A stretch of 64,000 nt of DNA from Octopus vulgaris (taxonomy: Eukaryota): positions 3,658,001-3,722,000 of the forward strand of contig OX597829.1 of the NCBI GenBank assembly GCA_951406725.2, written 5' to 3'. Of the stretch, positions 51,501 to 62,133 are shown piece by piece (positions within the stretch are counted from its first letter, which is position 1; the number at the start of each line of letters is the position of its first letter). Both the position numbers and the translations under genes were made by a program. The notes below the pieces were generated by a model. That model worked only from the letters and a program-made list of their open reading frames with translations, searched no databases and was not told the DNA's origin.

Positions 51501-54500
51501 TATGTTTGCAACTGGCTGCTATTTCAGAATTAACACAATTCACTGAGATATACCTTTCCTTTCTTCCATGAATCTAAAATTAATACTTATAAATGATATT
51601 TTATTAAATTTTCAAAACTTCTGATTTATATTTGAAATTTCAGATGGTCCAAGGCCAACAAGAGATGAAATCATTAAACTAAGGTCTTTCATGCTTCTCT
51701 ATGTCAAAGAACTAATCCGCAAGGGTCAAGGAATTTTGGAAGATGAACTCCAGAGTATCTTAAATTATCTGACCACATTACATGAGGTGGGTTCAACTCT
51801 TAACTTTGTACGTCTCCCAGTCCTATTAAGAAGCAAAGGTTTTCGTGAAAATGCAGTTAGACCAGTATAATCATTGTTTTAACATCCATTTTTCTGTGCT
51901 TGCAAAGCTCAGTTTGTTGATGCAAATTTTCTATGGCCAGATGCTTTTCCTGTTTCTATGGCCAGATGCCTATCTGTTTCAAGGGAAAATAGTATTTCCC
52001 CTTGGCCAGACATGTCTTGGCAGAATATTGGAAATGAAGTGGCATGGCTGTGTGGTTAGGGAGCTTGCTTCCTAGCTACATGGTTTCGGGTTCAGTCCCA
52101 CTACGTGGCACTTTGGGTAGGTGTCTTTCACTATAGCCCCGAGCCGACCGGAGCTTTGTGATTGAATTCGGTAGGTGGAAGTTACTGTTGTGTGTGTATG
52201 TGTGCGTATAGCTGCTCAGTGCCTCTCCAAAAGAGAGAGAGGGGAGAGGAAAGGACACTGTTTATATGGCAGTGACACTCATTTACAGGCTGTCGCAGGC
52301 TGTCAAAACAAGGAGAGACACAAACACACAATGTTTGTCTATGTATGTGTACATGATGGGCTTCTTTCACTTTGTTTCCCCATATCCTATCACAAGGTTT
52401 TGGTTAGCTCAGCACTATAGTAAAAGACATAATCTCGAGGTGCTACACAGCAGGATTAAACCCAATCATCATCATCATCATTGTTTGACTGTTGTCGAGA
52501 CAATGGAATTTACTATGCTACTCCAGACTTCACGGTCCATCATAGCATTACGGAGGTCCTGTTGCTGGATGCCTGTATCCCTGGACATTACATCAGGGTA
52601 GGAGAGTGTGTGCCCTCTGGTATTGCGAGTAGATGGCTTCCAGAGGAGAAGAGTAGAAATTGCTTTGTTTTCAGTTCTACAACAATGTCCAGCAAACTGG
52701 ACTCTTCTACCTTTCACAAGAGATGACACAGGTGGTAGTTTCCCATATATACACACACATATATTTGTATTTTGTGGTTGGCCAGTAAACTTCTCAGCCA
52801 CATAGCTACATCTGCACCTGCTGAACACAATCAAACTTGCTTGATGAGACAAGTGATTTTAGACATCCAACATTCTGTCAAATGACAGATTAACTCAGGA
52901 ATGACAACAGCCATTGAAAAGGCTGCTAAGACTGGGGTTTTGATAGATTGTGTGGGGGAAACCCCAAGCATCAATGGTCAGGTTTTCTATAGGAAGGTGA
53001 TCTCTACAATTATCCTTAGAACATGGTGAGACACTTAGATCACCCCCCCCCCACTGCCTGATAACCAGTGTTTGTTTACATCCCCATAAGTTAGTGGTTC
53101 AACAAAAGAGCAGATAGAGTAAGTACTGGGGGTACGGTTTCTGCCTATGCAATTCATCTACAAGGTTTTGGTCAGCCCAGGTTTTAGTCTTTGTAAGTCC
53201 AGATTGGCCACAAGGGCTGAAACGAGTCCAAGATAAAGCCACAAAGATTCACCTTTTGTTGTGCTTGTCACAGTACCCTAACCTTGCGACCATAAAATAC
53301 AACCCCTTTGATTATTTTGTCATATGGAGTGTGTAGTGTAGGAAGTACCAGGTGCAAACCTCTTGTCCCCATTACAGCTTCATTTTCATTGTTGCAGTGT
53401 ATAAGAGGTTTATGTAGTGTAATTATGAATGTGCACGGTCTAGTTGTTAAAGTATGTAGCTCATGAGTGATAAGATATGATTTGATTCTTGTTACACTCA
53501 GCATAGGCCAAAAACACGATACATTATGTCCTTGAGCAAGACACTTCATTTCACTATAACCCAGTCCACTCCACTGAAAATGAGTGCCAGGGAACAGTTG
53601 AGTGTAAACTCTGCAGCCGATTGATGGCACCATGGTGGTAACCCTTGTACTTTCATTTGTCTAAACACCTTAGAAATTTGTATAAGCCCCAACTTAATCC
53701 ATATGTTGGTTCAAGTCTGTGTTAATGGGAGCTTTTATTGAGTGTTATGCCTTTGGCCTGTTGAGTGTGACTTTCACCGAGTGTGATTTTTGAGTGCGAC
53801 ATCTTCGATGAGTGTGATGTCTGTTGGCTGAGTTGAGTGCAGTATGCACTGTAGAACAAACCCTATATATATTGGAACAGGATTAATTTTTAATCTGAAA
53901 TTCTTTCTCTTTCACTCAGGACGACAATTTGATGGATGTTTTAATGCTTTTAGTCACTCTGATGGCACAGCATCCCTCATCAATGGTTCCATCATTTGAC
54001 AAGAAAAATGGAATAAGGTAAGAATTAAAATTCTTGGAAATATTTTTCTAAAAGTAAACCTAGGGTAATAAGATTTTTTTCTCAAAATGACAGCTGTGTC
54101 ATTTACCTTTCATCCATTTGGGTTCAGTGAAGTGAAGTTCCTTGTCTCAAACCAGTAACAATGGAAGTGTATCAGTAAGTAGGCTGCAGTTGGTGCAATG
54201 TTTAAGTGAAATTAACAGTCTTTGTGTGCTTTTGAATGGCTAATATGTTGTATCTTCTACACTAATTGCTCTACTTTCAACCAACGGCACAGGCGTGGCT
54301 AAGTGGTAAGAAGTTTGCTTCGCAACCACATGATTTCTGGTTCAGTTACATTGTGTGGCACCATAAGCAAGTGTTTTCTACTACAGCTGCAGGCCAATCA
54401 TAGCTTTGTGAGTGGATTTGGTTGATGGAAACTGAAAGAAGCCTATTGCATATATATATATATAACAGGTCTGCTTGCGAAGACCTGTTGAAGCAAGTGA

Positions 54501-55829
54501 AATTGAAATCGATCAAAAATCAATGGAAATTGCAGTTGTGATACCAATGTCGGTGGCGTGTAAAATAACCATCCGAATGTGGCTGTTGCCAGCGCTGCCT
54601 CGACTGGCCTCCGTGCCGGTGGCATGTAAAAAGCACCAACCGATCGTGGCCGTTGCCAGCGTTGCCTGGCACCTGTGCTGGTGGCACGTAAAAAGCACCC
54701 ACTACACTCACGGAGTGGCTGGCGTTAGGAAGGGCATCCAGCTGTAGAAACACTGCCAGATCAGACTGGAGCCTGGTGCAGCCTTCTGGCTTCCCAAACC
54801 CCAGTCGAACCGTCCAACCCATGCTAGCATGGAAAGTGGACGTTAAACGATGATGATGATGATGATATATATATAGATATATATATATATATATATATGC
54901 ATGTGTATATGTTAGTTGATGTTTGTTTGTTGACATCACACTTTTGTCGTAAACAAGTGTTGTTGTTATATAAACAGTCTTTTGTTTGCAATCTTCCATG
55001 AACACATCTGGTCATGGGAAAATATTTCCTTACTTGGAAGCAAGTGAGGGTATCAGTAAGGGCATTCTGCCTCACAAATTCTGTCCATCCTATTCACGGA
55101 TGAAGGAATGGACATTAAAAACCCTAAATGACAGGTCTTAGATTTCATCCTTTGGTTGACAAGTGCATTTCAAAAAATGCTGCATATTCCAATTACTTCA
55201 ACTGAAGTATTGTAACAAAAGGGTCAACAAGTTAGGATGCTGAAAAGTACCTTGACATTTATGTTGGCTTTGTATGTCGTGTGCTTTCGTCAATATAGGA
55301 AACATCAGATTAATGTAATTATGAATAGATGAGTTTGAATTTTGTGATACCATAAACTGATGCTTGATGATCAACAGAAAATTTTGTGTACCAACTCTAT
55401 AGCTTCTACTAAGTTGGATAGAACCAATCTAGTTTCAACCATAGCTTTTAGCAAGGTAGTAGAAACAATCCAGCTGCGATTATTTTGAAAATTTTGCTAT
55501 TTATTTACAATTTCAGAACTGTATTCAAACTTTTGGCATCACCAAATGAGCCGCTTCGCATTCAAGCATTGAAGCTTTTGGGTTTCTTCCTGATGCGCAG
55601 TACACACAAGTAAGTGTTCCATAAACTTTATTTGGCTCCTTTCAGAATATAATATATAGACGGTGTTTGTTTCATGTTGTGTAATGTTTGCATAGGCTGT
55701 GGAGTTAAGCTCATGGTTTTAAGTTCAGTCCTACACTGTATGGTAGCTTGAGTGCCTTCTACAATAGCCCCAGGCTAACTAAAGTATTGTGAATGAATTT
55801 GGGAGATGGATGGCAACTGAAAGAAGTTA

Positions 55830-55860
<31 letters not shown>

Positions 55861-58800
55861 GTTTGTGCCTCCTTGTTCTGTCATAATGTGGCGGTTGTAA
55901 GCAAGTGTCACCAGTCTTCTGTGAAAACATGTTCTGATCATGGAGAAATATTAACTTGCTTGGAAACAGGTGAGGGTTGGCATCAGGAAGGGTATCTGGC
56001 CATGGAAAATCTGCCTCAGTTAATTCTGTCCTATCCATGCAAGCATGGCAAAGTTGATATTAAATGATAATGATGATGATGGTAATGATGATGTTACCCT
56101 GGTTGCTAACCATCACCTGTTTTTCAAGTAAAGGATTTATTCTGAAAATTTTTGAAAGTATAGTGCAAGTAGTTTTAATGCTGAAATCCATGTATGGCAT
56201 GCAAAGGCATATGTGCAAATGCACATTATCCACACTCTCCAAAACTCACTAGCCTCTCGCCTGCTAGTGTAAAGCTGCCCTTTCATGGTTCGTTGTCTTG
56301 TATCGCAACCTCACTGGTGCTGGTGGCACAAATATTGCACTCAGTTCATGCTGTAAAGAAGTAGGCTTCAGGAAGGGCATTCATCTATAAAAAACCATAC
56401 CAATACATACAGTGGATGCAGTCCTTGGACTTGTCCAATCTTGTCAAACTGTTCCATCTTAATTGTACCCTAACCTTATCCACATTTTTCTAATGTGTGT
56501 ACCCTTATGGCTACTTTACAGCATGAAGCCTGTTTTGCTCTGGCCCCTTCTCTCATACTTTAACTATTCATTTCCTTGCATAAATCACTGACATGGGGTT
56601 CATTGTCCTGCAAACTGCATGGTGACCTGACTAGTACTGGTAGCATGGATAAGGCACCATGTATGTAAAATGGTTGGCTGTAGAAATCATGCCAGAGCAG
56701 ATACTGGAGCATGTTGCCATCAAACTGTCCAGTCTATGCCAGCATGGAATATGGATGTTAAAAAATGGTGAATAGAACAAATTAGTTAACTGCTATGGAC
56801 CTAACTCTCCTAGAACCTGATTATTTTCTCGTCTGTTTCAGGCGCAAGTATGATGCAATGAACCCACACAACCTGTTTTCTCTCATCGGAGAAAGACTGA
56901 TGCTCAACATACACTCCATTACAATAGCCACTTACAATGTTTTGTTTGAGGTAAGTCATTTTAATATTACTTTTATTTGGTTTGTTCTTTGGGTTTTTGT
57001 GTGTCTGTGTCTCCTTGTCCTAATATCGATTTCAAATTTTGGCACAAGGCCAGCAGTTTCAGGGTCGAAGGTTAAGTCAAATTGACCCCAGTGCTCAACT
57101 GGTACTTCTCATAGGGTGAAGTGTGCTGTCCTAGAACTGTGACAACCTCTATTCGGCCGATAATGAAGGACTTCAACCAGTTATAGAGATCATCTCTTAC
57201 ACCCATTGCAGAGAGTTTCACCATAAGTCTTTTGTGTGGCATAGAATTAAAAGCCTTGGCAAAGTCCAGGTAAACAACATCCACCCAGGATCTGTGATCA
57301 GTGATTCGGGTAATATCCTCAAGAAATTCGATGAGTTGATTACAGCAGCTGGAGTTAGGAATAAATTTCACTCTTATTTGAGCTTCTCAATACTGGATAC
57401 CTTGGTATCATGAGACTAGCTGGAATTATATTTGATTGTATACGATTTGATTATATATGATGGATTTTTCTTTTCTTATTTTCTTTTTTTTTCTGACTCT
57501 CTTAACAGTAGAGAAAAGAAGTGAAGAGGTAGAAGCAGGGGGAAATGCAAGCCTCAGAGCACTTAAAATTTTAATTATTCTTTTTTTTATTTTTTAAAAT
57601 TATGGAAGTGGTGGGGGTCAATAAGATATCAACAATTCCATCAAGGGGTCTATGATGGAAGAAGTTTGCCTGCACCTGTTTACAGCAATTACCATTTATG
57701 CAAACAGATTAATGGATTTTGTCTTTGTGTGTTTCAGATATTAACAGAACGTCTTACCTTGGAATACAGCCACGATAAGCATGTCGAACCAGAATCTTAT
57801 TACAAACTTGAAAATCCAGGTAAGAGGATTCACCTTGCTCTCAAACTAAATTATCATCTTCATCATAGGTGTATATATGGGGCTGTGTCATTAAGAAAAT
57901 TGCTTCTCAATCACATGGTTTCAGGTTCAGCTCCACTATGTGATACCTTGGCAGGGGTCTGCTACTATAGCCCCTGGCTGACCAAAAGCTTTGTGAGTAA
58001 ATTTCATAGACAGAAACTGGAAGATCTGTGTGTGTGTGTGTGTGTTATATAAACATATGTACACTGATGTTATCACCAGCAGCAGAATGTTGGAAATGAA
58101 CGACACTGCTTGTATGACAGTGACAATCATTTACAGCTATCACATAATGTCAAAACAAGGTCACACACACACACATGCACACACTCACACACACGCACAC
58201 ATACACTCTCACACTCACCCTCTCTCTCTCTCTCTCTCTCTCTCTATTGGTCACAATGTGCTTTCTTGCATTATTTTAGGTTTTGAATTATACCACACTG
58301 CAGTGTATAACATCTGATAGTCTTGGTAATTCAGTGATGTGTGTGTGCATTGGGCTTCTTTCAGTTTACATCTACCAAATCCACTCACAAAACTTTGATT
58401 AGTCCAAGTCTTTAGCAGAAGACATTTCTCAAAGTTGCCAGACAGTGGGTTCTAAAGCTGAAACCTTGTGGTTTGGGAAGTAAACTTTATGAACGATTCA
58501 AAGTGAATGCTGTACAGGAATTTGAGTGTTAGAAATTCTGAAGTTATGTTTCCTTTTTTTCATTATCTTGCAGCAATTCTCAAAGTTGTCGCAACAATGA
58601 TTCGACAGTCAAAGCATTCTGCTGAACTAATGGAAGTGAAGAAAATGTTCCTGTCAGATTTGACCATTATGTGTAATAACAACAAAGAAAACAGAAGGTT
58701 TGTAATTTTCAGTTTGTCATTTTTATGTATGTGTGTGACACATTACAGGCAGCAAAATTACAAAAGTTATTTGAACTAAAGATAAAATTCATCGTTTAAA

Positions 58801-59680
58801 CATCCACTCACTAAATTCTTCATTGTTTTCAAGTTAAAACAAAAGGGTTGTGAATTTCAACAGAAATATAGGAAAATAACCCTTTTGATATCAAACCACC
58901 TGGTTCTATGGTACAAACTTCCTGTTTTAAAGTGGTGTTAATTAAAATCTTCCATCAAAATTTTGTTAACTTATGTTCAGTAATAATGACAAATTATTTT
59001 ACTAAATTCTTATTTTCAAAAATTAATTAAAAGAAAGGAAGTGTATTTCATCTAAAAATATGGTAATAAAAGGATAAACTTTGTAAATTTTCGATCACAC
59101 ATTGCTCATAACTTCTTTAATAAATAGCATAAAAACCTTCTATTGCTTTGGATTAACTAAAGTCTTGTGAGTATGATGATATGAATATACATTGTATAAC
59201 GGATTGTGGGTAAGGCCAAAACAATGTGAAGTAAATGCAAGGTAAATCACAAGAAAACAAATATGTGAATTAATGTAGACTTACCTTGTATTCAATATTT
59301 CGGGGTTATGACCCCAGTTTCAAGAAATAGACGAATGTAAGTCTACATTAATTCACATATTTGTTTTCTTGTGATTTACCTTTTACTTCGCATTGTTTTG
59401 GCCTTACCCATAATCTTTTATACAATATATTCCACACAATGCTTCATAGTAATTATTCCATTATAATGTGCCAAAATATGACCGCGTGTGTACCATTGGC
59501 GATTTTTGCTCCTCCGTCTTCCCTTCTTTGGATCTTTCCTTTTCCTATGTTTCTGATGAAGAGCTCTGCTCGAAACGTTAAACCCTCCTTCTTTCCTTCT
59601 TTCCCGAGCGTCCAATAATACTATACTTGTTCCACGTCCTTGCGTTGTTGTGTTTTCTCTTTGTGTTTTCATGTTTGCAT

Positions 59681-59723
<43 letters not shown>

Positions 59724-62083
59724 TCTTCACCATCATCATCATCATTTAACGTCATCTCATTCATTTCCAATATTCTGCATAATTATGTCTGGCCATGGGG
59801 TAATATTACTTTGCTTGCAAAAAGTCAGAGTTTGCGGCAAGAAGGGCATCAAGCCATAGAAAGCTGCTTCATTGGCCCCTGCAAATGTGAAAAAAATGTA
59901 TGTCAAAATGAGGATGATGATGATGATGTACAATGATAATTAATATGTTCATGTACATTCAAACACGGGAAGAGCTTTCCCTGCAGAAATGCTCCTGGAA
60001 GAAATTGTTATGCATAGACAACCTGTGTTTTCTCACCTGTTGTATCTATGAATGAATCCAATGGATCATGGGATGCATGCGTTTCTGTGTTGTTATGCAT
60101 CCTCAGCAATGAATGTTCAATCTGTTGTTCACAGCCCTACCAGAATAATAATGGACCAACAATCAGTAAATTGCCCAGCATGTGTAAAGTTGGTCAAGCC
60201 CATCATCATTTAACAACCATTATTCCATCTTGGTTTGTGTTGGACAGTTTAATTGGATTCCTATGTCTGTTTTGGCAAGGTTTCTCTGACTTTCCTAATA
60301 CCAACCACTTTACAGACTGTACTGGCTGCTTTTTCATGGCACCAGCACAAGTGAGGTCACCAAATGACTTGCAAGGCAACACCTCTTGAAGGAGAGTGGC
60401 TGCAGAATTGATGTGGTGGCTTTGTGTCAGGTGTCACGTAGTCAAACTATGATAGGACAGGAACAGATGTCTTGTGAAGGAAATATATGGCTACCCAAAC
60501 ATGATGGAAGAAAGCATGGTGAAAATGAGGTATTAAAGTATACCCTCAAAATACAAGAAGGTGGATAAAGAGAGATTAGGGACAAAGAATGGAGGATGGT
60601 CGCAATTAATTATAGTTGCATGAAGTAGTGTTGAGTAAAATATATGCTTGTATAATGATATTTAACCTGTTCTTGTACATTTGAATATGGGATGACCTTC
60701 TGGTATCTGTGTTTCCATAAATTGAAAATTTGGAGTTTGAGCTATTACATACCAATTTCCTAGCCAGCACTGGTAAAACAGTGATCATAATAAAATATTT
60801 AAAAAAAATTTTTTTTACAGAACACTTCTTCAAATGTCCGTTTGGCAAGAATGGCTTTTCAGTATGGCATACATCTACCCAAGGAATCTTGATGAACAAA
60901 AAATCACAGACATGGTCATGTCACTCTTCCGAATGCTTCTGCACCATGCTATAAAATTTGAATATGGAGGGTGGCGTGTCTGGGTGGACACCCTTGCAAT
61001 ATTACATTCAAAGGTAGGATTTAAAAATTTTTATTTATATTATTTTCATGCTTGAATTCAAGTCTGTTTTTGCTATTGATAAAGCATCCATGCAGTTAAT
61101 AAGAGATATACTGATGCAAGTCACAACTAACTGTATTTTGTAGCAGCTGTAAGGGACATAGATAATCATGAAAAACAGAGCTTTAGTTTTCATGTAGCAC
61201 AGATATAGGCACAGGTATGGTTATAGGTACAGTCTAAAACCAAGAAGTTTGTTTCTCAATCACATGGTTCTCAGTTCAGTCCCATTGTGTGGCACCTTGG
61301 GCAAGTATTTTCTATTATAGTCCTCAGCTAATTGAAACCTGCTGAATGGATTTGCTAAATGGAAACTGAACGAAATCCATCATATATATGTGTTTTCCAG
61401 TCACCATCATTTAACCCTTTAGCATTCAGATTATTTTGTCAGATGTAATGCTTATTTATACACATTATTTTGAATTAATCATTCATTATCTTGTGCTTAT
61501 GAGATTTTGATGAGGTAACTTAATTTTTAGAATGATAATGTAGGGTTAGTGTGAGAGGCCAGATCTGACCAGTTTTAACATAGAACAGGTAGAATACTTT
61601 TGGCCGGATATGGCCGGTTTGAATGCTAAAGGGTTAAACATCCATTTTTCCATGCTTGCATGGGTCTGGCAGAATTTGTTGAGGCAGTTATTCTATAGCC
61701 AGATGCCCTTCCTGTCATAAACCCTCGCTTGTTTCCAAAGAAAGTGATATTTCCTCATGGTCAGACACGCTTTTCATGGATAACTGGAACTGAACAACCC
61801 CACTTGTATGACAGGGATATTCATTTACAAACTTCACACAATATCAAGGCACACACACACACACACACAAGTATGTATGTATGGGTGTATGTGTTTACAA
61901 TGGAATTCTTTAATTTTTTTTTCCTACCAAATTCACTCACTAGGTTTTGGACCTCCTGGGGCTATAGTAGAAAACACTTGCCTTTGGTGCTACACAGCGG
62001 GACTGTATCAGAGGCAACATAATTTGGAAGCAAGCTTCTCCTCCATTAGCCATACTTGTATATGTTTGTGTATGTGTATACAC

Positions 62084-62133
<50 letters not shown>

